From the IMG/VR virus record IMGVR_UViG_3300042318_001133, positions 15,562 through 79,561 of that record: 64,000 nt of DNA. The stretch is one strand, 5' to 3'. Within the stretch, counting starts at the first letter, position 1. Each line of letters starts with the position of its first letter. Below the pieces are notes generated by a model. That model saw only the letters and a list, made by a program, of their open reading frames with translations. It ran no database searches and had not been told where the DNA came from. Positions 56,330 to 64,000 of the stretch are shown here, piece by piece. The stretch comes from a virus. Taxonomy: Duplodnaviria; Caudoviricetes. A program made the position numbers and the translations under genes.

Positions 56330-57787
56330 TTAGATGCGATCTAATCCTAAATGCGCCAATACTTTCGGAAATGCCTCTTGAACACTTGCCGTTGAATTTT
56401 GTTTAACGTGTTGAATTGCGTCTTTAATGCTTTTACCACTCTGAATCGCGCCAATTAAACTCTTAGTAGCTGCTACATAAGTGCCGCCCTGTAATTGACC
56501 ATCGAAATGTCCAGCGCCATACATTCCTCCAGTAGAAGATGATCTACCACCACCACCAAGCTTAACAAAACCACTATCTGAATCCACTTGAATAGGTTTT
56601 CCGTTAATGGAAGCCTCTCCTTTTGGATTGATAGACATTTTCACATTACCTTGCTCTGTTGTAGTTGTTCCTACATAATCTCTTCGTAGATTATTGATTG
56701 CTCGCAATCCTTCTTCGTGCTGTCTTGGAGTAAGTTTTGCGTAACCTCGAGCTTTTTTCTTATCACTCTCAATCGACGCTTCAGCTTGATTCAAATACTG
56801 CGTTCTACCAGCAATGCTTAATTGATTCATTGTAGTTTTCACTGCATTATCAATTGGCGTTTTTGCAAGTGTTTGAATGCCAGGAACTTCGATCATGTCT
56901 GAGCGACTACCTCCAATGCCCCTTGCAGGAATTTTCGTACCTCCAGGAACTGTTGCTGTGTTTTTTGTCGCCGAAGTAGATGTTACTGCAGGCTTTGCTG
57001 GTGTCGTTGATGTAGCCGTTTCTGGAAAGTGTTTCTCAAGAGCCTCTTTTACTTTTTGATTTTGAATAGCAAGAGAAGATCTCTTGTAATTCTCTTTCAC
57101 ATCTGCAGTTAATTGCTCTTTTGATTTTGGACTATATCCAGTTTGCCCGTACTTAGGAGCTGCTGTAGTGCTACCTGTTTCTTTTGTTGGGAATCCATGT
57201 TTCGTTGCAAATTTCTTTGCCTCTTCTGGACTTGAGAATTGCATATCAACTTGATGCGATCCATCCGTCGCTCCAAGTTCATGTACAGCACTTTCACCTT
57301 TTCCTCTTTGGCTAACTTCGTAAGTTTTACCTTCACGAGGTTTCATTAAATCTCTACTTGCATTTGAAGTAGGTTGTGCCACTTCACTATATTTAGTGTA
57401 CGTGTTCGGTCCCGACTTTACTTGCTTTTTAGTCAACTTACCTTGCTCAACAAGTTTATTCATTTTAGCCATCACTTTCGATTCATCGGCAGTGTTGCCA
57501 GAAAACGGATGATCTAAAAATTGACGATGATTGAAAGATTCACCTCCTTGCGATGCATTGTGTTCAGCAGCACCTGCTACGTGAGATTGTGCCATTGCAC
57601 CAGTTCCTTTTCCGTGATACTTCCATCCGTTTGGAGTTTTGATGTATTCGCGACCACCAAAGGTTTTGATAGCTCCAATTACCTGAATTTCACGTGCTTT
57701 TTCAAGCTCATCTGCCTCACTGAATGAGTGAAAGATGTTGTCGATGCGATCTTGCTGTGCTTTTAGTATTTCATCTCTATGGTTCAT
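56330..57787 (-). CDS. putative capsid-internal protein A (shared leader)
   Basis: MNHRDEILKAQQDR...SF...ELEKA then GAIKTFGGREYIKTPNGWK. Confidence 0.65.
   Translation of the reverse strand: MNHRDEILKAQQDRIDNIFHSFSEADELEKAREIQVIGAIKTFGGREYIKTPNGWKYHGKGTGAMAQSHVAGAAEHNASQGGESFNHRQFLDHPFSGNTADESKVMAKMNKLVEQGKLTKKQVKSGPNTYTKYSEVAQPTSNASRDLMKPREGKTYEVSQRGKGESAVHELGATDGSHQVDMQFSSPEEAKKFATKHGFPTKETGSTTAAPKYGQTGYSPKSKEQLTADVKENYKRSSLAIQNQKVKEALEKHFPETATSTTPAKPAVTSTSATKNTATVPGGTKIPARGIGGSRSDMIEVPGIQTLAKTPIDNAVKTTMNQLSIAGRTQYLNQAEASIESDKKKARGYAKLTPRQHEEGLRAINNLRRDYVGTTTTEQGNVKMSINPKGEASINGKPIQVDSDSGFVKLGGGGRSSSTGGMYGAGHFDGQLQGGTYVAATKSLIGAIQSGKSIKDAIQHVKQNSTASVQEAFPKVLAHLGLDRI
57749..57780. repeat. 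32-bp direct repeat, copy 1 (encodes the leader)
   Basis: ATCTTGCTGTGCTTTTAGTATTTCATCTCTAT identical at 57749..57780 and 58975..59006. Confidence 0.95.
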
Positions 57788-57789
57788 AT

Positions 57790-59013
57790 TTATGATTTTA
57801 GTCCGTGTTTTTTAAGTGCACTCACGATTGATCGCTGCTCTTCTGCTGGATATTCATCACTAAAAACGTCTTGAAATTCATTATGAATGTCATTAACATT
57901 CATTCCAGATTTCACAGCATGTCCTATGATTTCGTCAGCTTTATCGTTACCTCGAGCAAAATGATCTCCAACGTGTTCCGCTACAGAATACGCATCATGA
58001 ATTCCATTCTCTTCCATATATTTTTTAGATTCGGCTTCAGAGTCGGTTTTAATTTCACTTAAATATTCATCTAACGCACGCATAGCTTGATTTACGTCTT
58101 TATTGTCACCACCACCAAATGCCGAATCTTCAGTCCATGGATATTGTTTAGCATCTTCATATGGCATACCAGCACTTGCAGCTGCTTCTGCAATTAGATT
58201 GTTTACTTTATCGTGAACCTGTTCACTTTCAGGATCGTCAAATCGCTGTTTAAGTGCTGATTTTAAATCGTTTTTAATGGCATTGAGGTCTTTTCGTGGC
58301 TCCGTCTTCGGTTTATTAGCTTTACCGTTGACGATCTCATCTACCCCCGCATCATTCTGTGCTTGAATCTTTTTACCTAAACCTTCTGCTATCTTACTTA
58401 ACATTTCTTCAGCGGTTGCCGGATCTGTTAGGGCTGGAATTTTTTCAACAAAATTGATCTGTACAGCATCTTTAGCAGGCATTCCCATAGACATTACGAA
58501 AGACTGTACAGATTTATTTACTGCCTTTCTGGCAAAATTACCTAAAGGACCTTCTTGTGTCAGGTATGATGCATTTACTTTGACGGCATTTATAGATGAA
58601 TCAAAATGCATCTGTTGTGCGTCGTTCATTTCGACTGTTGTATTAGATTTTCCCTCACTTGAAGGGCCCTTATCATCTTTAGGTTCTTTTGATTTGTCAC
58701 TTGAATCTTCTTGACCTTTACTTTGCTTACCTTCAGTTACAGGAACCCATTTACCTTCATCGATTTTTTTATATCGCACTCCACCATGTTCACGAATCTC
58801 TCCAATGGTACCCTTCTTTCCCTTCTCAACGGAATCGTTAAAGTTGCTGGCAATTCCCAATCGTCGAGCCTCAATTGCTTTTGCAATGTAGTTATCGTTA
58901 TCGACATCTAACGCAACATCTACATCTACTATTGTTCTGTTTTCTATAAACGAACCAACCATGTGATTCATTCTATCTTGCTGTGCTTTTAGTATTTCAT
59001 CTCTATTTTTCAT
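57790..59013 (-). CDS. putative capsid-internal protein B (shared leader)
   Basis: MKNRDEILKAQQDR...GSF...IAKA...VEKG then GEIREHGGVRYKKIDEGKWVPVTEGK. Confidence 0.65.
   Translation of the reverse strand: MKNRDEILKAQQDRMNHMVGSFIENRTIVDVDVALDVDNDNYIAKAIEARRLGIASNFNDSVEKGKKGTIGEIREHGGVRYKKIDEGKWVPVTEGKQSKGQEDSSDKSKEPKDDKGPSSEGKSNTTVEMNDAQQMHFDSSINAVKVNASYLTQEGPLGNFARKAVNKSVQSFVMSMGMPAKDAVQINFVEKIPALTDPATAEEMLSKIAEGLGKKIQAQNDAGVDEIVNGKANKPKTEPRKDLNAIKNDLKSALKQRFDDPESEQVHDKVNNLIAEAAASAGMPYEDAKQYPWTEDSAFGGGDNKDVNQAMRALDEYLSEIKTDSEAESKKYMEENGIHDAYSVAEHVGDHFARGNDKADEIIGHAVKSGMNVNDIHNEFQDVFSDEYPAEEQRSIVSALKKHGLKS
58975..59006. repeat. 32-bp direct repeat, copy 2
   Basis: Identical to 57749..57780. 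Confidence 0.95.
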
Positions 59014-59028
59014 AAGATCTTTTTTTTG

Positions 59029-59059
59029 TAAATATATAAAGTATATCTTTTAACTGCAA
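59029..59059 (-). promoter_or_regulatory. promoter/operator site F
   Basis: Minus strand TTG-cagttaa-aAGATATAC-ttt-ATATATTTA, same spacing as site A. Confidence 0.65.
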
Positions 59060-59067
59060 CCTTTATT

Positions 59068-59493
59068 TTATTTTTGCGTAGAATTATCTTTCGCCTCCTG
59101 ACTTTTCTTATGAGCAGCCAAATGAACACTTAAAACGCCAACAGCATCGCCAGTCTGTTTCAATTTGCGTGCAGTATCTCCAGATGCAGCAGTCTTACCT
59201 GCCAATCTTTCACCCTGCTTTTTCAACTTATCATGAACCTCAGATAGTGCCATTTGAGCTATCTTGTGTGTAGTTGATACGTGTGCACCGTGCTTCGCTA
59301 AAGCCTCATCTACGTGAGCAATACCGGTCTTAGTGTGTGCATAAATTGCAGTTCCATTAGCTGTATGTCCAATCACTTGGCCGCCCTTTGAGCCTTCACC
59401 GCCTTTTGACAGTTCATTTGCGTTTGTAAACGATCCAACGATATGTGTTCGTCGGTCCATTTGTGCTTTTAAAATATAATCTCGTGCGTCCAT
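59068..59493 (-). CDS. putative capsid-internal protein C (shared leader)
   Basis: MDARDYILKAQMDR...GSF...ELSKG. Confidence 0.65.
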   Translation of the reverse strand: MDARDYILKAQMDRRTHIVGSFTNANELSKGGEGSKGGQVIGHTANGTAIYAHTKTGIAHVDEALAKHGAHVSTTHKIAQMALSEVHDKLKKQGERLAGKTAASGDTARKLKQTGDAVGVLSVHLAAHKKSQEAKDNSTQK

Positions 59494-59494
59494 G

Positions 59495-59626
59495 TTACTT
59501 TTTTATTATGATTTGTTTTGCCTCTTGCTCTAATGCCCAAATGCATGTTACAAACAATAAAGCTAATCCGAAAAGAAACAAGAAAGCCATCGATAAAAAT
59601 TTAAGTCTTGAATCCTTCCCTTTCAT
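59495..59626 (-). CDS. 43-aa single-TM protein (not in ORF track)
   Basis: Manual translation MKGKDSRLKFLSMAFLFLFGLALLFVTCIWALEQEAKQIIIKK fills the gap exactly. Confidence 0.6.
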   Translation of the reverse strand: MKGKDSRLKFLSMAFLFLFGLALLFVTCIWALEQEAKQIIIKK

Positions 59627-59637
59627 TTGTCTTAGTT

Positions 59638-59826
59638 TTAAGTTTGTAGCTGTACTAACATTTGTTTAGACAAATCCACCATCATCATCTGAATGTGCTT
59701 GTCGTACGATTTTTTAAATTCATCTTCGTAGGTATAGATAATCGGAAAGCGAGGTGCGTCTTTGTATCGCTTATCTTGCTTCAAACTACGAGGTTGCGTT
59801 ATTTTACTCATGGTTTCATGATCCAA
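59638..59826 (-). CDS. hypothetical protein (62 aa)
   Basis: Overlaps upstream gene end; fills the lysis block. Confidence 0.45.
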   Translation of the reverse strand: MDHETMSKITQPRSLKQDKRYKDAPRFPIIYTYEDEFKKSYDKHIQMMMVDLSKQMLVQLQT

Positions 59827-60239
59827 TATGTAGTTACAATTCCCAAAAGACCTACTCCAATGGTCAGTAAAGTTCGCGATTTTTTCAATACAACTATTCG
59901 CTTTTGTTGGTTTTTTACCGTATTGGAAAGCAATTCGATTTGCTTACTTTTCTCTTGCTCGATTATTAGTGACTTTAACATAACAGAGTCATTTGCAGAC
60001 TGTATGGTTTTATCGTTTTCAATAATCTTTGATTGAAGATTGATTTGATCAGATAAGACCGTATTTAAAGCCTTTTCATAGTCAAGTTGAATGAATGTGA
60101 GATTTAATTTAGTAACGTCTGCAGGTTTCAGTAAAATAAGAGTATCTCCACTAATTACTGTCAATTTCGGATAATCGTTTTGTGAAATACTGGAAGCTGC
60201 TATCAGCAGAAAGAGACTTAATGTGAAGAGTTTTTTCAT
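59808..60239 (-). CDS. spanin-like partner: signal peptide, coiled coil, C-terminal TM
   Basis: MKKLFTLSLFLLIAASSISQ signal; C-terminal LLTIGVGLLGIVTTYWI; overlaps the i-spanin-like gene; no lipobox Cys. Confidence 0.5.
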   Translation of the reverse strand: MKKLFTLSLFLLIAASSISQNDYPKLTVISGDTLILLKPADVTKLNLTFIQLDYEKALNTVLSDQINLQSKIIENDKTIQSANDSVMLKSLIIEQEKSKQIELLSNTVKNQQKRIVVLKKSRTLLTIGVGLLGIVTTYWIMKP

Positions 60240-60489
60240 TTGCTTGCTGTTTAATGTAAATGACTTTATCTGAATTTGCGCGAAGATGTATCTGTAGATT
60301 CAGATTTACCAACTGCAAACTATCTATGCGAGTATTCAGTGCAGCTCGCTCTGCCGTAGTAAGATCTATGATACTTTGAGATTCAATGTATTGCTTGTTC
60401 GTATCTGGAACCATATAAATGCTCAAAAGCCATAAACACAGTACAGCGTTTATGGCCAATGAAATGTTGCGAAGAGTGTTATTGTGCAT
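60151..60489 (-). CDS. i-spanin-like protein (N-terminal TM + coiled coil)
   Basis: Likely start MHNNT at 60489; ISLAINAVLCLWLLSIY TM followed by heptads. Confidence 0.55.
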   Translation of the reverse strand: MHNNTLRNISLAINAVLCLWLLSIYMVPDTNKQYIESQSIIDLTTAERAALNTRIDSLQLVNLNLQIHLRANSDKVIYIKQQANEKTLHIKSLSADSSFQYFTKRLSEIDSN

Positions 60490-60703
60490 CTTCTGGAGAC
60501 TCGACATCTTCTTTCTTAAAGAAGTTTGATAAAAACTTACCAACCACGCCAATAGCTAAAGCTGCAATTGCAACTGGCTTATTGTCCATAACGATCGCAG
60601 TACCAGAAATACTTGCAGACGTTGCCAATAGACTATCTCCCAACTTTCTCCACTTTGCAGGAGTTGGTGAAGAGTAGTGTTCACTTACTTTTTTCATTTT
60701 CAT
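60479..60703 (-). CDS. small holin-like membrane protein
   Basis: PTPAKWRKLG then two hydrophobic helices and a charged tail. Confidence 0.55.
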   Translation of the reverse strand: MKMKKVSEHYSSPTPAKWRKLGDSLLATSASISGTAIVMDNKPVAIAALAIGVVGKFLSNFFKKEDVESPEDAQ

Positions 60704-60707
60704 AATC

Positions 60708-61172
60708 TTACTTGTTATCGTTTTTGAGATTACTATTTTGCTCTGTTATTTTGAATTTCAACATTGCAGATTTTCCGTTTGTGATGAAGACTTTTACCAT
60801 CTCCGAAATATTGTATCCAAGAATGTCGTTAAAGTTTTCAAGAACACTTTTACCTTCAATTGCAATTAATATTGTCGATGCTCCTTTAATGAATGGAATA
60901 GATGGAAGAATTAATTCAGCCCAAGATGAAATGATAAATGCAAGAGGATAAATGATCACCTTATAGACTGATCGTTTCATCTTCTCAGAACTGATCACCT
61001 CTCCACGTCTCTTAGATGCCCAGATTCCTGTTACGGCATCAAAGAAGATCATAAATCCAGTGAATAATAGCATTGAAGCTATTGGTATCATGATACCAGA
61101 AATCAAGCCTACGAGCAAGACACTGACTTGCTCAAGATGGCTGGCGAAATAGAGTTTTATAGAATCTTTCAT
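60708..61172 (-). CDS. phage holin (holin_4-like)
   Basis: FFDAVTGIWAS, ISSEKMKRSVYK, IEGKSVLENF. Confidence 0.8.
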   Translation of the reverse strand: MKDSIKLYFASHLEQVSVLLVGLISGIMIPIASMLLFTGFMIFFDAVTGIWASKRRGEVISSEKMKRSVYKVIIYPLAFIISSWAELILPSIPFIKGASTILIAIEGKSVLENFNDILGYNISEMVKVFITNGKSAMLKFKITEQNSNLKNDNK

Positions 61173-62791
61173 GGCTTATAAATTTCGTTTGCAATAAACT
61201 CGTTTAAACTATCTACAAGAGGATTTGATGAATTTGACTTATCTAAATTTGCAGGTGCATCGAGGTCATAATTATCTCCACCATATTGACTATCAACAGC
61301 AGCATTACTATCAGGATTACCTTGCATACTCATGGCTTGCATTTGAAGATATGCTGAACTTAAAATTGCATCACCCTCATCAAGGTCTTCTGGTAGGTTG
61401 TGTTTTCTACGAAGTTCTTTATATCCCATGAAAGATCCACCTTTTTTGATATCCATTTCAATCTCATCTTTTTCAGTATCTGAATCGATACCCATAAACA
61501 AGAATTCGTAATCTGGATCAATCGGGTTGATTATGAATTTGTTGATTTTTCTTTGAATGAATTTCAATAATGGGCGAAGTCCTTTATCTCTTGAGAATTG
61601 TAATTTTGCTTCATTGCTTGAATTGTCGATCATCGAGGATCCACCACTTCCAGTTACTTCGAAACCGCACTCATCTGGAGCAATCTTATAAACAGCACAA
61701 GCGATTTGAATAAGATATTCTTGCCATTTCTGGAACTCCATATCGCGATTGGTTTTCTGCATATCAATCCACTCCATTTTGTCAGATTCAATCACTGGAG
61801 TTTTGTGTGCATTACCAACACCTTGCATCATCGACCCCCATTGCTGTCTAAACTCATTCAAACGAGCGGTATTGACGTTACCTGAGACCTTTAATATTCC
61901 TTTTGGAGCAGATCCTTGAGAGAAGAATTTTCCGTTATAATTATCGCCATATAACATCCATGTGATAATCTGAACAATGTCTTCTAATTCACTACGTCCA
62001 TATCCATTTGAATTTAGATCAGTTGAATGATTTCGAATACCTAAACAAAGTTCCCAAGGATAGAATTCAGTTAAAACACTTTCATCGTGAACTTGTACGT
62101 AACTTGGATAATATCCGTTTACCATTTCACGAGCAGTACCTTTATAATGTTCGTCGTCAAAAGAGTCTGCCAATCGGTAAGTTGCACCATCTGTAGCAAG
62201 AAACTCAACCGGCTGACCTTTTCTGTTACGCACAACTTCGAAAGCCATTTGATCAAGTTCCAATGAATCTTTTGTAATCTTACGTAAGAATGTATCGAAA
62301 GAATCTCCATGCCATGCGTTTGAAATAGTACCACAATTTAAGATGAATTCAGTTAGCCACTGAACACGTTTCTTATCTTCACTTGTAGCATCTTCCTTAT
62401 CGTTCGTTCCATAAGCATTTTTCTTACGAACAACGAAACCAATACCATACTTATCTGACTGAGGCTCAGAGAACGCAGCAACTTGCTCTATTCTCGTACC
62501 AATGATTGCACGAACGACAGGAACCTTAGCCATTTGACGAAGGGTATTGTATGAAAGTGCGTATGGTTTGTATTTATAGTCAGTGCTTTGTGAAAAGAGA
62601 TTTGGATCGAAAATCATCGACTTTGATCCAGACTCTTCGCGAGGCTCTAAATCCTTCCATCGAAGATTGGCTTTCATGATTGCATCAGGATCTGTCGAAT
62701 GCATAGCCTTTTGAATCGCCAAGACTTCCTCGATAGCAATGCGCTCTTTTCGAGCTTTTATTTCGTCAATTTGTTCAGCTAATTTTGACAT
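61169..62791 (-). CDS. portal protein
   Basis: DSLELDQMAFE, FFSQGSAPKGIL, FRQQWGSMMQG, RDMEFQKW, DKGLRPLL. Confidence 0.93.
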   Translation of the reverse strand: MSKLAEQIDEIKARKERIAIEEVLAIQKAMHSTDPDAIMKANLRWKDLEPREESGSKSMIFDPNLFSQSTDYKYKPYALSYNTLRQMAKVPVVRAIIGTRIEQVAAFSEPQSDKYGIGFVVRKKNAYGTNDKEDATSEDKKRVQWLTEFILNCGTISNAWHGDSFDTFLRKITKDSLELDQMAFEVVRNRKGQPVEFLATDGATYRLADSFDDEHYKGTAREMVNGYYPSYVQVHDESVLTEFYPWELCLGIRNHSTDLNSNGYGRSELEDIVQIITWMLYGDNYNGKFFSQGSAPKGILKVSGNVNTARLNEFRQQWGSMMQGVGNAHKTPVIESDKMEWIDMQKTNRDMEFQKWQEYLIQIACAVYKIAPDECGFEVTGSGGSSMIDNSSNEAKLQFSRDKGLRPLLKFIQRKINKFIINPIDPDYEFLFMGIDSDTEKDEIEMDIKKGGSFMGYKELRRKHNLPEDLDEGDAILSSAYLQMQAMSMQGNPDSNAAVDSQYGGDNYDLDAPANLDKSNSSNPLVDSLNEFIANEIYKP

Positions 62792-62807
62792 TTATAGTGT
62801 GTTGTAT

Positions 62808-63125
62808 TTATTGAGGAAGTTCACCTTTATAATAGAAAGGAACGATAATTCCGTCCGATTCATATTGACCTTTTTGAAGAGATGCAACCTCATCTAACGC
62901 TTTTTGAAGAGAATCTAACTCTTCTGGAGTAGCATCTTCGCCTTTCTCAAGAATACCTTCACAGTGCTCTTTTAAGTCCAATAAAGACTCTTCAGTATAT
63001 GTTACAACTGGAGCTACTGAATCAGTAGCAATAGCTTTCTCGATCGTTGCACTTGGAGTAGCAGTTTCTGCAGCTTCAAATAAAGAAAGATTAAGACGTG
63101 ATTGACGTAAAGATGTGAATTCCAT
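62808..63125 (-). CDS. small acidic head-associated protein
   Basis: Four (I/L)xK(A/G) motifs (TIEKA, ILEKG, LQKA, LQKG); directly before portal. Confidence 0.55.
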   Translation of the reverse strand: MEFTSLRQSRLNLSLFEAAETATPSATIEKAIATDSVAPVVTYTEESLLDLKEHCEGILEKGEDATPEELDSLQKALDEVASLQKGQYESDGIIVPFYYKGELPQ

Positions 63126-63209
63126 GTATCGTAAAGTTTAAATGTGACGCTAAACATACTGAATTTTGATCACTTCAATAGTTCAACAGTCCAATAGAAT
63201 GCCCAACTG

Positions 63210-63671
63210 TTATTTTCGAGAATACTTCGAAAGTGTCACATTCTTCCAATTACCTCCACGCTGTTTTGGATGGATCAAGAAGTCGATTTTATTCTTCCAG
63301 CGCTTATTCATTTTATCTTGAATAACCCAAGGACCATCGTATAGCCAAGTACCTCTAACTTCAACAGTATCGCCCATCTTGAATCCTTGTTTTAAGATGT
63401 CTCGAGAGATAGCTATCCATCGATGTTCATCTGGATGTGCGACATTGATCTCAGCTCCAGTAGCCGTTGCATTGAAGGATTTATCACACTGAGCAGCGCT
63501 TGGCCAATAGCAAGTTGCAGATACAGCAATTGCGTGAGGGATTTGTACTGTCTTGATTGTCGACTTTACAACCTCTTTGCGAGGAATAGTTGGAACTTCT
63601 TCAGTTCTGCTTGCGATTGAAATAAGAGCAGCTCCAAGAAGTGCTGCTACAAATACGTACGATCTTTTCAT
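63210..63671 (-). CDS. 3D-domain/RlpA-like peptidoglycan-associated protein with N-terminal signal anchor
   Basis: VSATCY...TATG...IAISRD...GDTVEV...VIQDKM...KIDF. Confidence 0.75.
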   Translation of the reverse strand: MKRSYVFVAALLGAALISIASRTEEVPTIPRKEVVKSTIKTVQIPHAIAVSATCYWPSAAQCDKSFNATATGAEINVAHPDEHRWIAISRDILKQGFKMGDTVEVRGTWLYDGPWVIQDKMNKRWKNKIDFLIHPKQRGGNWKNVTLSKYSRK

Positions 63672-63677
63672 TGATTT

Positions 63678-63947
63678 TTATTTATGTGATTGTTTGGCCT
63701 TTTTGCCGTAATTGCTTTTCTGTAAACTGAAAGCATTTGGCGTTACTTGGTCGATTGCTCGTTTTCGTGGAGGTGTATTGTTCCAGAATTTAATTACCCA
63801 CGTATTCGTTATGTGGACATACAGTGGAGTAATTTGATCTCGAGAAATTCCTATACAGAAAGAGACACATAGTAATCTCTTTTTTGCGTATTTCGTTGCG
63901 AAGTCGAACGAGAGTGGTTTGTGTATTCTCGACGTATTAATTCGCAT
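63678..63947 (-). CDS. hypothetical basic protein
   Basis: ATG at 63947 overlaps the stop of the upstream partial ORF. Confidence 0.4.
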   Translation of the reverse strand: MRINTSRIHKPLSFDFATKYAKKRLLCVSFCIGISRDQITPLYVHITNTWVIKFWNNTPPRKRAIDQVTPNAFSLQKSNYGKKAKQSHK

Positions 63948-64000
63948 CTCCAACTGCAATTGGTGTAACTCCTGTCGTTACGGTTGGCGTAGCAGTACAT
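63937..64000 (-). CDS. C-terminal end of an upstream gene (partial)
   Basis: Frame reads CTATPTVTTGVTPIAVGDAN*. Confidence 0.4.
   Translation of the reverse strand, partial: CTATPTVTTGVTPIAVGDAN

Noticed and set aside
2603-62196. All plus-strand ORFs in the track (e.g. 2613..2933, 25993..26337, 38455..38859, 59662..60036)
   Set aside because: Each lies antisense to a longer minus-strand gene with recognisable motifs; their composition mirrors the codon bias of the real gene
2050-62334. Short nested minus-strand ORFs in alternative frames (e.g. 2050..2259, 10405..10587, 11567..11800, 20774..21025, 57109..57336, 62119..62334)
   Set aside because: Fully inside well-supported genes, no motifs, mostly alternative start codons
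1-64000. Stop-codon reassignment, introns or inteins
   Set aside because: Genes are full length and tightly packed under the standard code; terminase, helicase and the visible part of DnaE have no obvious insertions or intein motifs

Overview
A 64-kb segment of a large contractile-tailed dsDNA phage. All credible genes are on the minus strand, and no tRNA, rRNA, CRISPR array or integrase was seen. In transcription order (high to low coordinates) it holds: portal; a holin/spanin-like lysis block; a family of probable capsid-internal proteins with a shared N-terminal leader; MuF-like head protein; a 725-aa protein with a C-terminal GNAT domain; an Acb2-like small protein; prohead protease/scaffold; SPO1/Twort-like major capsid; neck genes with an embedded NUDIX; sheath, tube, chaperones, tape measure, baseplate and fibres. 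A replication block follows (DnaQ-like exonuclease, large terminase, DnaB helicase, dUTPase, primase, DnaE). TAnnTTT(A/G) promoters and A-rich, SD-less starts suggest a Bacteroidota host (inference). Highlight 1: a 7-deazaguanine cluster (queD, queE, folE, a QueD paralog with LxxxHRHxF, a TGT/DpdA-like gene, no queC in the window) sits between primase and dnaE and also contains an altered HPRT, an NMP kinase, a second dUTPase-fold enzyme and an HDAC-family hydrolase, suggesting a nucleotide-level route to a 7-deazaguanine genome. Highlight 2: a shared leader plus (I/L)xK|(A/G/S) sites appear to mark virion-packaged cargo, including GNAT and NUDIX enzymes. Highlight 3: a palindromic AGATATAC-N3-GTATAT(T/C)T operator overlaps several promoters. 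All family calls are by motif recognition; no searches were run.
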